Notes under the pieces: generated by a model | What the model was told of the DNA's origin: nothing | The model's database searches: none | What the model saw: the letters and a program-made list of their open reading frames with translations, nothing else | Translations under genes and position numbers: made by a program | DNA from: Myxococcota bacterium | GTDB taxonomy: Bacteria > Myxococcota > UBA4151 | Length of the DNA stretch: 46,963 nucleotides | Direction: 5' to 3' | Assembly: GCA_036338695.1 (NCBI GenBank) | Contig: JAYZBQ010000039.1 | Span: forward strand, 1-46,963 | Part shown: in pieces, positions 36,201 to 46,962 of the stretch | How positions within the stretch are numbered: the stretch's first letter is position 1 | Layout: each line of letters begins with the position of its first letter

Positions 36201-36395
36201 GACGCCGTCGCCGCAGACCGCCACCGTGCAGAAGTTGGTGCAGGCGTCGTTGGTGTCGTCGTTCTGGTCATCGCATTGCTCGCCCGTTTGGACGATACCG
36301 TCGCCGCAGCTCGCCTGCGTCTCGCGCACCACGACCTGAGATCCGCCGCAGGAGTTGAGGAGAAGACTGATAAGAAATAGACCAACGAGGCGCAT
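33300..36395 (-). CDS. Lipoprotein with about 23 Myxococcus cysteine-rich (DUF4215) repeats and a C-terminal fibrinogen/intelectin-like domain (paralog A)
   Basis: LLNS|C lipobox; CGDG...ExCDDGNxxxxDxC repeats; C-terminal PARTCK...YWLDP...[17 protein letters not shown]. Confidence 0.85.
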   Translation of the reverse strand: MRLVGLFLISLLLNSCGGSQVVVRETQASCGDGIVQTGEQCDDQNDDTNDACTNFCTVAVCGDGVLRSDLAEGEPGYEGCDDSNTNDEDACTSQCRVAVCGDGVLRTDLSEGDEGYEFCDDGNSDDFDECRTNCQVARCGDGVARTDLEVDQRGYEACDDGNEDDSDSCLSNCLEPRCGDGVVSVGEGCDDGNEDPTDGCADCTPASCGDGVVQENEQCDDGNTDDDDSCLSTCAPARCGDGVVYTGVEDCDDGNADDRDACTRGCVVARCGDAILRRDIEPGQAGFEECDDGNDIEGDGCSSDCGLERCGNGRIDEGEACDDGNQIDSDSCTSGCVVARCGDGILRRGEEECDDGNESDTDACTAGCRLARCGDGHLWAGREDCDDGNRVDTDACSNRCVAARCGDGIVSGEEECDDGNRLNDDACTNACRGARCGDQIVQRGVEACDDGNQVDTDACTAQCRQARCGDGIVREDLAEGAPGYEGCDDGNLIDRDACTAQCLTARCGDGVVYVGQEECDDGNQVDNDTCRNTCEVARCGDGVRGPGEECDDGNADDFDACSNGCRAARCGDGLRQPGEACDDGNRVNTDACSNVCERARCGDGITREDIAQGQEGFEACDDGNEDNGDACLNTCAAARCGDGMVRIGVEECDDGNQLQTDACLNNCAAASCGDGLVQDGVEGCDDANEVQTDACLNNCTVASCGDSFVHENVEGCDDGNEVQTDACLNDCTVASCGDGQVYAGEEACDDGNQVQTDACLNDCSAASCGDGQVQAGVEACDDGNQNNDDACRNDCTWYLGEVQGAPARTCKALLTARPGAPSRTYWLDPNGGSTDDARQVYCDMTTDGGGWSLVASTRGTTLNDQGSAYYTDLASRAPSSAHEGIWEGMRAAINGASDIRFTCKLDRNANSQTVDLSFYNIGWYRELTASRSDANVCFEETNGNGDTQPTPRRRNNLNGQTRNAGDQWNAGYLEGEDSCSDTSDFTIDFDDRGMDNNQGDGTDWGEDDGSRKCGSTTGGSNAAWQIWVREP
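34020..34480 (-). repeat. Near-identical 96-bp (32-aa) tandem units in the distal stalk of paralog A
   Basis: Four consecutive units ExCDDxNxxQTDACLNxCxxASCGD; 96-nt spacing confirmed for one pair (caggcgtcgg at 34120 and 34216). Confidence 0.75.
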
Positions 36396-36490
36396 CGTGT
36401 GACTCCAGAATCCAGCGTACGCCGTGACCCCGCTAATTGACCAGAGGCCAGCGCTGGTTAATCGTGGCGCCGCCTCCTCGTTGGACCGTC

Positions 36491-37507
36491 ATGCCGCTCG
36501 ACCGCCCCAGCATCCAACCCTTCCCGATCCACAAAGGGCGCTATGACGTGCGCCCCGGGATGCGAGCCTTCGGTCGCGCCGCCTTGGGTATGGAGGCTGA
36601 GGAGGGTCACTTTCGTCTGGATCGCACGACCCCATCTTATCTGCGTCAGAAGCTCTCGCTACGACGTGCCTACCCTGGTTCGGCGCTCCAAGTGGCCGAT
36701 GGAGCGGATGAGGAAGCCCTCGTAGAGGTTGTATGGGGGACCCTTGAAGCCCTGGCGGACGAGGAGCCGGCTTGGGCTGCCTGGACACAGCAGGCGGTAG
36801 ACTTTCCCGCGCTCGGGCTGCGTTACACACGCTCGGGCGCGGGGCTGGTCATCCGATCGATCGGAAGCGGTCGCCTGGCAGAGCTCGGCGCGCACATCGC
36901 CGAGCACTGCGCGCACGCCGTCGGAGCCGCTCGCTGGCTCGAGGCGCTCGCCTGCGTGGTCCCCTGCGACCTCGCTGTCATGGCGTCGTCGGTGCAAGGC
37001 GATGCGCAAGCGGACCGCTGCGAGGCCCTGCACGTCTGCTTTCCGAGCTCCTGGGCGCCGCGCCTCAAGGTGGGCCGGGACTTCGCACAGATTCACGAAC
37101 CCGTCGCCAACAACGAGGCGATCCTCAAAGGACACGCCAACCTGGTGCGAGCCATGTGCTTTATGGGGCCCTTCGTGCGCTACGCATGGGGTCTTCACCG
37201 GCACGCAGGCTTAGACAGCCACCCTGATCACCACCCCGAGCGAGTGGACATGAGCGCCTGGAGCCCTGACGAGGTGGCGGCGAAGACCTGGCTGCGGGTT
37301 GAGCGCCAGACCACCAAGCCGTTCCCCGATTGGGGACGCGGCTTGTTTACCATCAGAACCTACATCGAGCCGCTCATTGAGGTCGCCAGCGATCCTTCCA
37401 AAGCGGCAGCGATCGCCTCAGCGATCCGCTCCATGAACGAGGCGTCGCTGCGCTACAAGGGGATGCTCGATCGCCGAGACGCGCTCCTCGCGTACCTCGA
37501 GGGCTAA
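36491..37507 (+). CDS. DUF3445 / heme-dependent oxidative N-demethylase alpha-subunit-like protein
   Basis: Likely start ATG 36491. [53 protein letters not shown] family motifs. Confidence 0.8.
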   Translation: MPLDRPSIQPFPIHKGRYDVRPGMRAFGRAALGMEAEEGHFRLDRTTPSYLRQKLSLRRAYPGSALQVADGADEEALVEVVWGTLEALADEEPAWAAWTQQAVDFPALGLRYTRSGAGLVIRSIGSGRLAELGAHIAEHCAHAVGAARWLEALACVVPCDLAVMASSVQGDAQADRCEALHVCFPSSWAPRLKVGRDFAQIHEPVANNEAILKGHANLVRAMCFMGPFVRYAWGLHRHAGLDSHPDHHPERVDMSAWSPDEVAAKTWLRVERQTTKPFPDWGRGLFTIRTYIEPLIEVASDPSKAAAIASAIRSMNEASLRYKGMLDRRDALLAYLEG

Positions 37508-40389
37508 CGAGCCACGAGCCGAAAGCGTGTGAGGGTGAAGTAGTTGCGGCCGTATCGGTCGATGCTCCCGCATGACACGTCAACGTCGCCCTCGGGCTGC
37601 GCGCCAAAGGTAAAGCTCGTGGCGTTGATGGTGCGCGTCACTGGAAAGCCGCTCGGGCGAACCGGACCTGAATTGCAGCTACCGTTGCGCCAGCGGGTGA
37701 TGCGCGTGCTGTTGACGTAGACGTTGATGTAGTTTTGCGAGTCGTCCAGCTCGCCTGCGAATCGATAGTCGAGGTGGACCCGCTCAAACTGATAGCGGTC
37801 GGCGGGGGTCGAGTAATTGGTTACCGAGCGGCTCCAGTTGCGCCGCTGGTGACGCCCCCCGGTGTTGACCTCATAGTTCGTGTTGACCACGCGCCAGCCG
37901 CCGCCGTCCGTCGTCATGTCGCAGGTGACCTCAAAGGGGTTCGCGCCGCCGTCGCCGTCCGGGTCGATCCAGTAGCGCCGGTTCTCGGTCTGACCGGCTT
38001 GACGCAGGGTGTTGCAGGTCCTGCCTGGGTTGCCCTGGCTGCCACTGGGCGCAGCGGCGCAGCTGTTGGTGCAGCTGTCGTTGTTGTTGTGGTTGCCGTC
38101 ATCGCATGCTTCAAAGCCGTCAGCGCCCTCGGCGAGGTCGGTGCGTCGCACGCCGTCGCCGCAGCGAGCCAGCGCGCAGCTGTCGAGACACGCGTCGGTG
38201 TTGACGTTGTTGCCATCATCGCAGCCCTCGACGCCCTCGCGCACGACGCCATCGCCGCAGCGGGCGATGACGCAGCTGTTCCTGCAGCCGTCGGTGTCCA
38301 CGCGGTTGCCGTCGTCACAGGCTTCGTAGCCGTCTTGACCCTCGGCGATGTCGGTTCGCAGGACGTCGTCGCCGCAGGCGGCGGCCGTGCAGTCGTTGAG
38401 GCAGGCGTCGGTGTTGACCTCGTTGCCGTCATCGCAAGCCTCCACGCCTTCTTGCGCCACCGAGTCTCCGCAACGGGCGATGGTGCAGGCGTTGAGGCAG
38501 GCGTCGGTGTTGACGTTGTTGCCGTCATCGCAGGCTTCATAGCCCGGCGCATCTTCAGCGAGGTCGTTGCGGCGCACGCCGTCACCGCAGGCGGCGACTT
38601 GGCAGGTGTTGCGGCAGGCGTCGTTGTCGATCCGGTTGGCGTCGTCGCAGGTCTCACCGGCTTGGATCAGCCCGTCACCGCAGCGCGCCCGCTGGCAGTT
38701 GTTGCGGCAGGCGTCGTTGTCGTCGGCGTTGCCGTCGTCGCACTCTTCGCCGGGACCGATGGCGCCGTCGCCGCAGCGAGCCACCTCGCAATTGTTGCGG
38801 CAGGCGTCGTTGTCGATCTGGTTGCCGTCGTCGCATTGTTCCACCCCAACGTGGAGGATCGCGTCGCCGCAACGCGCGGCGGCGCAGCTGTTGGTGCAGG
38901 CGTCACGGTTATCGAGGTCGCCGTCGTCGCAAGCCTCAAAACCCGGGTCCTCGGCTTGCAGGTCGGCGCGCGTGATCCCGTCGCCGCAGCGCGCCCGTTC
39001 GCAGCGCGCCGTGCACGCGTCTTCGTCGACTTGGTTTCCGTCATCGCAAGCCTCGACGCCGCGCTGGACGATCGAGTCGCCGCAGCGCGCCCCCGTGCAG
39101 GTGTTGGTGCAGGCGTCGTCGTTGAGCCGGTTCCCGTCGTCGCACTCCTCTTGACCGCTGACGATGCCGTCGCCGCAGCGCGCCGTCTGGCACTGGTTGG
39201 AGCAGCCGTCGTCGTTGATCTGGTTGCCGTCATCGCAGGCCTCGCGCCCTTCCCAGACGTGGCCGTCGCCGCAGCGCGCCACACGGCAGGTCGTGGTGCA
39301 GGCGTCGGTGTCGCTGTCGTTGGCGTCATCGCAGTCTTCGACGCCGCGGTACAAGATGCCGTCACCGCAGCGAGCCTCGGCACAGCCCGAGGTGCATCCG
39401 TCAGCGTCGACGTCGTTGCCGTCGTCGCAGGCCTCGCCCTCGTCGAGTCGTCCGTTGCCGCAGCGCTCGAGCCCGCAGGCGGTCGAGCAGCCGTCGCCGT
39501 CGACCTCGTTGCCGTCGTCACACTCCTCATAGCCCACCTGGCTCGGCTCGATGTCGTTGCGGGTGATCCCGTCGCCGCAGCGAGCGACCTCGCAGCCTCG
39601 GGTGCAGGCGTCGCGATCGTCGGCGTTGCCGTCATCGCAGGTCTCAACGCCAGCCTGGATCACCCCGTCTCCGCAGCGCGCAGGGGCGCAGGTGCTCAGG
39701 CACGCGTCGCTGTCGTCGTCGTTGCCGTCGTCGCACTGCTCACCGGCTTGGATGATGCCGTCACCGCAGGTCGTCGGCACGCAGTCTGCGCAGTCATCGG
39801 TTGGGTCCTCGTTGCCGTCGTCGCAGCCTTCGCCCGCCGAGACGATCCCGTCGCCGCAGCGCGGCGAGACGCAGTTGGAGAGGCAGCTGTCCGAGTCGTC
39901 CTCGTTGCCGTCATCGCAGGCTTCAAACCCGCGTTGGTCGGCGTCGAGGTCCGTGCGGGCGATGCCGTCGCCGCAGCGCGCCTGCGCGCAGTTGTTGAGG
40001 CAGGCGTCGTAGTCGTCGGTGTTGCCGTCGTCGCAGCGCTCAAAATCGACCTCGCCCTCACCGACGTCGGCGCGCACGATCCCATCGCCGCAGCGCGCCG
40101 GCTGACACAGGCTCGTGCAGGCGTCCGTGTCGTCGGTGTTGCCGTCGTCGCAGGTCTCTTGACCGAGCTCACCGAGCTCAAGGTCGGTACGCAAGATGCC
40201 GTCGCCGCAGGCGCTGACGGTGCAGATGTTGGTGCAGTTGTCGTTGGTGTTGTCGTTGCCGTCGTCACACTGCTCGCCCACTTGCACGAACCCGTCGCCG
40301 CATTTGCTCTCGGTCTCACGAACGACCACCTGCGATTCGCCGCATGACGCTAGAAACCCCGCCAAAACCCAACCTGCAATGTACCGCAT
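37504..40389 (-). CDS. Lipoprotein with about 22 DUF4215 repeats and a C-terminal fibrinogen-like-start domain (paralog B)
   Basis: Likely start ATG 40389 with GGAAGG upstream. FLAS|C lipobox; repeats colinear with paralog A; C-terminal PGRTC...YWIDPDG...[12 protein letters not shown] followed by a different sequence. Confidence 0.85.
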   Translation of the reverse strand: MRYIAGWVLAGFLASCGESQVVVRETESKCGDGFVQVGEQCDDGNDNTNDNCTNICTVSACGDGILRTDLELGELGQETCDDGNTDDTDACTSLCQPARCGDGIVRADVGEGEVDFERCDDGNTDDYDACLNNCAQARCGDGIARTDLDADQRGFEACDDGNEDDSDSCLSNCVSPRCGDGIVSAGEGCDDGNEDPTDDCADCVPTTCGDGIIQAGEQCDDGNDDDSDACLSTCAPARCGDGVIQAGVETCDDGNADDRDACTRGCEVARCGDGITRNDIEPSQVGYEECDDGNEVDGDGCSTACGLERCGNGRLDEGEACDDGNDVDADGCTSGCAEARCGDGILYRGVEDCDDANDSDTDACTTTCRVARCGDGHVWEGREACDDGNQINDDGCSNQCQTARCGDGIVSGQEECDDGNRLNDDACTNTCTGARCGDSIVQRGVEACDDGNQVDEDACTARCERARCGDGITRADLQAEDPGFEACDDGDLDNRDACTNSCAAARCGDAILHVGVEQCDDGNQIDNDACRNNCEVARCGDGAIGPGEECDDGNADDNDACRNNCQRARCGDGLIQAGETCDDANRIDNDACRNTCQVAACGDGVRRNDLAEDAPGYEACDDGNNVNTDACLNACTIARCGDSVAQEGVEACDDGNEVNTDACLNDCTAAACGDDVLRTDIAEGQDGYEACDDGNRVDTDGCRNSCVIARCGDGVVREGVEGCDDGNNVNTDACLDSCALARCGDGVRRTDLAEGADGFEACDDGNHNNNDSCTNSCAAAPSGSQGNPGRTCNTLRQAGQTENRRYWIDPDGDGGANPFEVTCDMTTDGGGWRVVNTNYEVNTGGRHQRRNWSRSVTNYSTPADRYQFERVHLDYRFAGELDDSQNYINVYVNSTRITRWRNGSCNSGPVRPSGFPVTRTINATSFTFGAQPEGDVDVSCGSIDRYGRNYFTLTRFRLVAR

Positions 40390-40547
40390 ACGCACCTTCC
40401 CAGCGACGATCGATGTCGCGGAACATAGAGCCTTGAGCACGTGTTGGGAAGGCGGCGGCGCAGGGCGCGGCGTCGTCTTGAGCTTGGCCGTTGCGGCTTC
40501 CTTCTCAACTGCACTAGGGTGGGGCATCAGCCCAGCGAGGTCAGCCG

Positions 40548-42851
40548 ATGAGCCAGCGAAAGCCCCCGGGTTACGAACCGCCAGCCTCCAAACCCGAGCA
40601 CCGGACCCGTCCCTACGACAAAGCGGCGGGTGGGCTCGGCGCCGTGACCTCGGTGCTCAAAGAGGCGGGGCGCCACACGGGCATGGTGCGCGGGATGCAG
40701 CTCCTCGCCCGCATCAACCAGCCCAACGGCTTTGACTGCCCGGGCTGCGCCTGGCCGGACCCGCCGGCGGGGGAGCGAACAGCCTTTGAGTTCTGCGAGA
40801 ACGGCACCAAAGCGGCGATGGCCGAGGGGACCAAGCGGCGCGTCACCCCAGCGTTTTTCAAGCAGCACGCGCTCGAGGACCTGCTCGGGCGCACCGACCA
40901 CTGGCTCGAGGCGCAAGGGCGGCTGACCCACCCGATGATCAAACGCCGGGGCGCAACGCATTATGAGCCGCTGTCCTGGGCCGAGGCTTTCGCTCACATC
41001 GCCGGAGCGCTCAACGCGCTCGCTGACCCGAACGAGGCGATCTTTTACACCTCGGGACGCACCAGCAACGAGGCCGCCTTTTTGTATCAAGCCTTCGCCC
41101 GGCACTTTGGCACCAACAACATGCCGGACTGCTCGAACATGTGTCACGAATCGAGCGGGCGCGGTCTGGGCGCCACGATCGGGATCGGCAAAGGGACGGT
41201 CTCGCTTGAGGATTTCTATGAAGACGACGCCATCGTGGTGATCGGTCAGAACCCGGGGACCAACCCCCCGCGTATGCTCAGCGCCCTCGAGCTCGCTAAA
41301 AAGAACGGCGCCAAGGTGGTGAGCATCAACCCGCTGCTTGAGCGCGGGCTTGAGCGCTTTGGGCACCCGCAAAAGCCCACCGCTTTGCTCGGCGCCAGCA
41401 CGTCGATCTCGGACCTGTATCTTCAGGTGCGCATCAACGGCGACGTGGCGCTGCTTAAAGGCGTGATGAAGATCATCCTCGAGCGCGAGGCGCAGGCGCC
41501 CGGTACGGTTTTGGATCATGCGTTCATCGAGCAGCACACGGTCCACTTTGAAGACTTCAAGGCGGCGCTCGAGGCGCAGCCGTTCGAGCCGCTCGTCGAG
41601 CAGTCGGGGATCGCTCGAGCTCAGATGGAGGAGCTCGCTGAGCTCTACATCGCGTCCGAGGCGACGATCGTGTGCTGGGCGATGGGGCTGACGCAGCACA
41701 AAAACGGCGTCGCCAACATCCAGGAGGTCGTCAACCTGCTCTTGCTGCGCGGCAACCTCGGTAAACCGGGCGCCGGCGCCTGCCCTGTGCGTGGTCACAG
41801 CAACGTCCAGGGCGACCGCACGATGGGGATCGTAGAGCGCCCCAAGCTGGACTTTCTCGAGCGTTTGGACGAGGCGCTCGGCATCGAGTCGCCGCGTGCG
41901 CACGGGGTCGACGTCGTCGAGGCGATCCACGCTATGGCTGAGGGGCGCGCCAAGGTGTTCTTTGCGATGGGGGGGAACTTCGTCGCCGCCACACCGGACA
42001 CGCACTACACCGAAGAGGCGCTGCGTCGTTGCGCGTTGACGGTGCAGGTCTCGACCAAGCTGAACCGCTCGCATCTGGTGGCGGGCGAGGAGGCGATCAT
42101 CTTGCCGTGTCTTGGGCGCAGCGAGGTCGATCGCCAGCGCGGCGGCTCGCAATTTGTGACCTGCGAGAACTCGATGGGGATCGTAACCCGCTCCCAAGGG
42201 TTCCTCAAGCCTGCCTCCGAGCAGCTGCTCAGTGAACCGGCCATCGTGGCGGGGCTGGCTCAGGCGACCCTCGGTACGCGCAGTCAGGTGGACTGGGCGC
42301 ACCTCGTAGCCGACTACGACCGCATCCGCTCCGTGATCGAGCAGGTCATCCCCGGTTTTGAGGGCTACAACGCCCGGGCGCGCCAACCCAGCGGGTTCGT
42401 GCTGCCCAATGGCGTGCGCGAGCGGGTCTGGAACACCGCCTCGGAGCGCGCAGAGTTCACCGTGCACGGGCTGCCGGACCTGGTGCTCAAGGACGATCAG
42501 TACCTGATGGCGACCGTGCGGAGTCACGACCAGTACAACACCACTATCTATGGGCTCGATGACCGCTACCGCGGCATCTACGGAGAGCGCCGTGTGGTGA
42601 TGATGAGCCCCGAGGACATCGCCGAGGCGGGCTTGAGCGAGGGGCAGCGCGTCGACTTGACCAGTCACTTTGACGACGGTGAGCGGCACGCACCGCGTTT
42701 TGTAGTCGTGGCTCAGCCCGTCCCGAGGCGCTGCGTGTTCACCTACTTCCCCGAGGCGAACCCCTTGGTGCCGGCGCGCAGCGTGGCGCTGCAGAGCAAC
42801 ACCCCGACCAGCAAATCGGTGGTGGTCTCGATGACGCCGAGCGCTGGCTAG
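40548..42851 (+). CDS. FdhF/YdeP-family molybdopterin oxidoreductase (formate dehydrogenase alpha-like)
   Basis: [71 protein letters not shown]. Confidence 0.93.
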   Translation: MSQRKPPGYEPPASKPEHRTRPYDKAAGGLGAVTSVLKEAGRHTGMVRGMQLLARINQPNGFDCPGCAWPDPPAGERTAFEFCENGTKAAMAEGTKRRVTPAFFKQHALEDLLGRTDHWLEAQGRLTHPMIKRRGATHYEPLSWAEAFAHIAGALNALADPNEAIFYTSGRTSNEAAFLYQAFARHFGTNNMPDCSNMCHESSGRGLGATIGIGKGTVSLEDFYEDDAIVVIGQNPGTNPPRMLSALELAKKNGAKVVSINPLLERGLERFGHPQKPTALLGASTSISDLYLQVRINGDVALLKGVMKIILEREAQAPGTVLDHAFIEQHTVHFEDFKAALEAQPFEPLVEQSGIARAQMEELAELYIASEATIVCWAMGLTQHKNGVANIQEVVNLLLLRGNLGKPGAGACPVRGHSNVQGDRTMGIVERPKLDFLERLDEALGIESPRAHGVDVVEAIHAMAEGRAKVFFAMGGNFVAATPDTHYTEEALRRCALTVQVSTKLNRSHLVAGEEAIILPCLGRSEVDRQRGGSQFVTCENSMGIVTRSQGFLKPASEQLLSEPAIVAGLAQATLGTRSQVDWAHLVADYDRIRSVIEQVIPGFEGYNARARQPSGFVLPNGVRERVWNTASERAEFTVHGLPDLVLKDDQYLMATVRSHDQYNTTIYGLDDRYRGIYGERRVVMMSPEDIAEAGLSEGQRVDLTSHFDDGERHAPRFVVVAQPVPRRCVFTYFPEANPLVPARSVALQSNTPTSKSVVVSMTPSAG

Positions 42852-44536
42852 AAGAGCCCCACGGCGCTGCCGTCGGCGCGCACGTCCATCGCCTCACTCG
42901 CCGGCCTGCGCGGCAGCCCGGGCATGGTCATCATGGCGCCGGTGACTGCAACGATAAAGCCGGCGCCGGCGGCGATGCGCAGCTCGGAGACCGTCACCTG
43001 AAAACCGGTCGGCGCTCCCACCGCCTTGGGGTCGTCGCTGACGCTGTATTGAGTCTTCGCCATGCAGACCGGGAGCTTGGCGAGCCCGAGGCGGTCGATG
43101 AGCTTGAGCTGGTTGCGCGCCTTTTGCGTCAGGATCACGTCGCTGCCGCCGTAGATCGTGCGCACGATTTTTTGGATTTTCTGCTCGATGTCGTCGCTGA
43201 GCGTGTAGGTGAACGTGGGCTCTGGCGACGCCCCCTTGAGCGCCTCGAGCACGTACTCGGCGACCCGAGCGCCCCCGGCGCCGCCCTCGCTAAAGACCTT
43301 ACTGACGGCGCAGGGGACGCCTTGCTCGGCGCAGTGGTCTTCGATGACCTTGAGCTCGGCGCGGCGGTCGCCCGTAAAATGGTTGATCGAGACCACCACC
43401 GGGACGCCAAAGGCTCTAGCTGAGGCGAGGTGTCGGTCGAGGTTAGCGAGCCCTGCGCGCAGCGCTTTGCGGTCAGCGAGCGCGAGGTCCGCCTTGGCGA
43501 CGCCGCCGTGCATCTTCATGGCGCGCACGGTCGTCACCAGCACCAGCGCGTCGGGGTAGAGCCCAGCGCCGCGACACTTGATGTTCAGGAACTTTTCGGC
43601 GCCCAAGTCAAAGCCAAAGCCCGCCTCGGTCACCACGATGTCGGCGTGCCCGAGCGCGGTTTTGGTGGCGATGACCGAGTTGCAGCCATGGGCGATGTTG
43701 GCGAAGGGCCCTGCGTGCACAAACGCAGGGACGCCCTCGACCGTCTGGACAAGGTTGGGCTGCAGCGCCTGCCGCAGCAGCAGCGTCATCGGTCCGGCGG
43801 CTTTGAGCTCTTCGGCGTAGACGGGCTGCCGATCAACCGTATACCCCACGAGGATGCGCCCGAGCCTCGCCTTGAGGTCGTCGAGGTCTTCGGCGAGCGC
43901 CAGGATCGCCATGACCTCGGAGGCTGCGGTGATGTCAAAGCGCTCCTCGCGCGGCATCCCTTGGAGCGGACCGCCTAAGCCCAGCGCCACATGGCGCAGG
44001 CTGCGGTCGTTCATGTCGAGCACGCGCGGCCAGACGATCCGCCGCGGGTCGAGCCGCAGCGCGTTGCCAAAATGGAGGTGGTTGTCGATCAGCGCCGAGA
44101 GCAGGTTGTGCGCCGAGGTGATGGCGTGGAGATCACCCGTGAAATGTAGGTTGATCTCGTCCATGGGCAGGACCTGGCTCTTGCCGCCTCCGCAGCCGCC
44201 GCCTTTGATGCCAAAGACCGGCCCAAGGCTCGGCTCGCGCAGCGCGACGGCGACCCGCTCACCTTGAGCCGCCAGGGCTTGCGAGAGCCCGACGCTGTTG
44301 GTCGTTTTGCCCTCGCCGGCTGGGGTGGGGTTGACCGCCGAGACCAGCACCAGCTTGCCATGCGCTCGCCCGCTCGCTTGTTGCTCGACTAAGCTGGACG
44401 GGCGGACCTTCGCCATATGATCCCCGACCCGATACAGGTGCTCCTCGTCGATGCCCAGCTTGGCGGCAACGGCGGTGATCTCGGTCAGACGCACCGCCTG
44501 GCTGGTGCGCAGGTTCTCCGCTCTGGCGTCACTCAT
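42848..44536 (-). CDS. fhs: Formate--tetrahydrofolate ligase
   Basis: Start ATG 44536 with AAGGAG upstream. PTPAGEGKTT, LREPSLGP, INLHFTGD, GPFANIAHGCNS, TEAGFG, CMAKTQYS, MTMPGLP. Confidence 0.97.
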   Translation of the reverse strand: MSDARAENLRTSQAVRLTEITAVAAKLGIDEEHLYRVGDHMAKVRPSSLVEQQASGRAHGKLVLVSAVNPTPAGEGKTTNSVGLSQALAAQGERVAVALREPSLGPVFGIKGGGCGGGKSQVLPMDEINLHFTGDLHAITSAHNLLSALIDNHLHFGNALRLDPRRIVWPRVLDMNDRSLRHVALGLGGPLQGMPREERFDITAASEVMAILALAEDLDDLKARLGRILVGYTVDRQPVYAEELKAAGPMTLLLRQALQPNLVQTVEGVPAFVHAGPFANIAHGCNSVIATKTALGHADIVVTEAGFGFDLGAEKFLNIKCRGAGLYPDALVLVTTVRAMKMHGGVAKADLALADRKALRAGLANLDRHLASARAFGVPVVVSINHFTGDRRAELKVIEDHCAEQGVPCAVSKVFSEGGAGGARVAEYVLEALKGASPEPTFTYTLSDDIEQKIQKIVRTIYGGSDVILTQKARNQLKLIDRLGLAKLPVCMAKTQYSVSDDPKAVGAPTGFQVTVSELRIAAGAGFIVAVTGAMMTMPGLPRRPASEAMDVRADGSAVGLF

Positions 44537-44550
44537 GGTGCGCTCCTTGC

Positions 44551-46962
44551 TTAGGGCGTGCGAGACCACGCTAAGCTCAGCCCGATCAGGGCGAGCGGCT
44601 GGAGGTTGTCGTTCGAGAAGGTCGCCCGCAGGCGCAGGGCGGTACCCGGCTGGTTTTGCGGAAAGTTGACCGTCTCGCCAGGCGCGATCGGGTGCCAGAT
44701 CAGGTTCTGCTCGCCGTCGGTGGCGCCGTTGCTGACCTGGTAGCTGATGGTGCCGCCGCGGCGGTCCTCAAGCGCTTGGGACAAGGTCACCTGCGCAAGC
44801 GGGTTGCCCACGCCGCTGAGGTCGTTGGTTTGCACGACGGTATCGCCCGCAAAGCCTGGGTGGAACTCAGGCGTAGTGGTGCCCGATAACCCGAAGAAAT
44901 CAAGGCGGATGCGGCCGTGTCCGCCGCGCGCGCCGCCGGTAGCTTGGACTTTGTTGGCGCCCACGTTCATTGAGCGGGCGCGAAGGAAGACGCTGCCGCC
45001 GGAGCCGCGTGAGTTGCCCGTTGCTTGCTGGTTCGAGCGTACAGTGCCGCGCACGGAGAGCCCGCTCGCCCACAGAATGATAGCGCCGCCTCCGTTTGAG
45101 CCGGTGGTCGGTTGGGGTGAAGCCCCGGAGTAGCCGCCGCTCCACGACAGACCGCAGCAGTAACGGTATCGACGGCTTCGGGAATGACCTGTGCCGGTGG
45201 TGGCACCTGCTGAGCCCATAAACCATTGAGTCAGCCCGGGATTGCCATAAGCAGCGCCCCCCTGACCCGACTCAACGGTGTCTCCTGCGGTACCATATCC
45301 GCCGCCACCGCCTCCGTTCGGTTCATCGTGAGCCTGACCCGCCGTGTAATAGTTACAGTTACAGCCGCGATTCACGGGGCCTTGCCCTGGCGCATTGATG
45401 TCAACACTTGTTCGATCGGTGCCACCAAATCCGCCGCCGCCGCCTTGGTTGGCATCAAAGGTCGCCTCGACGATCCCGCTGATCGATTCGCCAGGCTGAT
45501 TGATTGGCTGCACGCGATAACCCTTACCCGTCATGTCGATCGTACCCAGTATCTCAGCGCTCCCTAGGACTTTCACAAACATCACGCCGCCCTTCTCGCC
45601 ATCCCAAGCATCGGCGGTGAGCGTGCCATTGACGGTCAGGCTTCTGTAACGCGGCACGCGCTGCAGCATGATTTTTTGCCCAGTGATGTCGGCGTTGGAG
45701 TCGGTGGCGCCGTAGACCTTGTCGAGGTTGGTGGTGAAGAAGACGGTGTTTTGACCGTAGTTGATCCGCGCCACCTCTTTGATCTCGTAGTTGCCGACGT
45801 TGCCGTGGTTGGTGTTATCGCCCTGCAGGTTGATCAGCAGCACCTCGTCGCCGATCTCCAAGCCGCCCACGCCGCCGCGCACGACCACCTGCGCCGACCC
45901 GACCTCGGTGACCACAAAGTTGACCGCATCCGGGAAGAGTCGTCCCGGCTGCGAGTTGGTGTTGATGTTGTAGGTACCACCCACTGTCAGGTCGCCATCT
46001 TCACCGGCGCCAAAGTCGCTGGGAAAGGGGTCGACTCGCCCAAGGGCCGTGTCCCAGAGCGCGTTGGTGGTCTCGCCGTCATTGGCTGTGCCTGAGGTAA
46101 AATCGAGGGCCGTGAAGTGCGCCGTATTAGGCGCCACAAAGGTGATCTGCGCAGTCCCAGCGCAGCGCTCAGCGAGCGGGTGCGCGGCGCGCACGGTGAT
46201 GGGCTGCGGCACCTGGTTGTTTTCGCCCATGGCGGGCGCCTGGACGGCAAAGTCGATCCGGCCGTTCAGGCTGCGCACCTGCACGCCCGGCGTGTTTGGG
46301 TCACCGTCTTGGGCGAGCAAGACGCCGCCGGTGGTCGAGACCGTAAACAAGCTGCCGTCCGGCACGGGGGTGCCGTCGTTGGACAAGATCAGCGCGCTCG
46401 AGATCAAGGTCGAGCTGCTCTCATCGGCGGGCAGTTGGTTGGGCGTGGCGGTGAGCTCGAGCGGCAGGCAGCTCGGCCCGATGCAACGCCCGGTGTCGCA
46501 GCGCTCCATGCAGCTCTCACGCACCAGCCAGCTCTCACCGCCGGGCGCGCACGCCTCACGGTTTTGCCCGTTGCAGCGGATCTCGCCCGGCACGCAGACG
46601 ACCTGACCTTGGCAGGCGCCGTTGCGGCACGAGCCGTTGCACTGCTGGCTGTCCGCCCAGGCGCTGCCATCTTGAGCGCAGGTCTGCACGGTGCGCCCAA
46701 AGCAGCGCACAGCGCCCGGCGTACACACGGTGCAGGCGCCGTTGTCGCAGTGGGTCAGGCAGGCGCTGAGCTGGCGCCAAGCCTGCCCATCCTCGCCGCA
46801 GAGCTCGACGTTGGCGCCCGAACAGCGCCGCTCGCCCGGCTCGCAGACACCGCAGCGCCCCTCGACGCAGCTGGTCTGGCAGACGTCGCCTTGGTTGGCA
46901 AAGCCGGCGCCGTTGTCCGAGCAGACCTGGGGCTGCAAGCCGTCGCAGTTGCGGGCGCCCGG
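44551..46962 (-). CDS. Large extracellular protein, 5' end truncated: Cys-rich repeats, invasin-like Ig domain, AgmC-like/Gly-rich domain
   Basis: Frame stays open to the window end. CxPGxxRC...C..DG..W repeats; LPADESS...PVPDG (Big_1-like); GDEVLLINLQG...GNYE...QRVPRY...AWDGEKGGV...MTGKGY followed by GGGGGG and GSGG motifs. Confidence 0.75.
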   Translation of the reverse strand, partial: PGARNCDGLQPQVCSDNGAGFANQGDVCQTSCVEGRCGVCEPGERRCSGANVELCGEDGQAWRQLSACLTHCDNGACTVCTPGAVRCFGRTVQTCAQDGSAWADSQQCNGSCRNGACQGQVVCVPGEIRCNGQNREACAPGGESWLVRESCMERCDTGRCIGPSCLPLELTATPNQLPADESSSTLISSALILSNDGTPVPDGSLFTVSTTGGVLLAQDGDPNTPGVQVRSLNGRIDFAVQAPAMGENNQVPQPITVRAAHPLAERCAGTAQITFVAPNTAHFTALDFTSGTANDGETTNALWDTALGRVDPFPSDFGAGEDGDLTVGGTYNINTNSQPGRLFPDAVNFVVTEVGSAQVVVRGGVGGLEIGDEVLLINLQGDNTNHGNVGNYEIKEVARINYGQNTVFFTTNLDKVYGATDSNADITGQKIMLQRVPRYRSLTVNGTLTADAWDGEKGGVMFVKVLGSAEILGTIDMTGKGYRVQPINQPGESISGIVEATFDANQGGGGGFGGTDRTSVDINAPGQGPVNRGCNCNYYTAGQAHDEPNGGGGGGYGTAGDTVESGQGGAAYGNPGLTQWFMGSAGATTGTGHSRSRRYRYCCGLSWSGGYSGASPQPTTGSNGGGAIILWASGLSVRGTVRSNQQATGNSRGSGGSVFLRARSMNVGANKVQATGGARGGHGRIRLDFFGLSGTTTPEFHPGFAGDTVVQTNDLSGVGNPLAQVTLSQALEDRRGGTISYQVSNGATDGEQNLIWHPIAPGETVNFPQNQPGTALRLRATFSNDNLQPLALIGLSLAWSRTP

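Noticed and set aside
33300..40389. Diversity-generating retroelement acting on the lectin-like tips, or a CRISPR-like array
   Set aside because: No reverse transcriptase, no template/variable repeat pair differing at adenines, and no cas genes. The repeats are in-frame, degenerate protein repeats.
41210..41275. GTNPPRML instead of the usual GTNHPRML in the FdhF/YdeP protein
   Set aside because: A single-base difference (CAC>CCC) that cannot be distinguished from sequencing error or tolerated variation without reads
34323..42689. Long antisense ORFs (34323-36188 +, 37735-40347 +, 40527-42689 -) and similar shadows such as 2117-3646 -, 12773-13945 +, 16379-17617 +
   Set aside because: They mirror well-supported genes on the opposite strand. 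High GC and repetitive codons suppress stop codons, and the translations have no recognisable motifs.
40548..42851. Selenocysteine-containing formate dehydrogenase
   Set aside because: No in-frame TGA. The motif is CSNMCHESS (Cys, YdeP-like), so formate oxidation itself is unproven.
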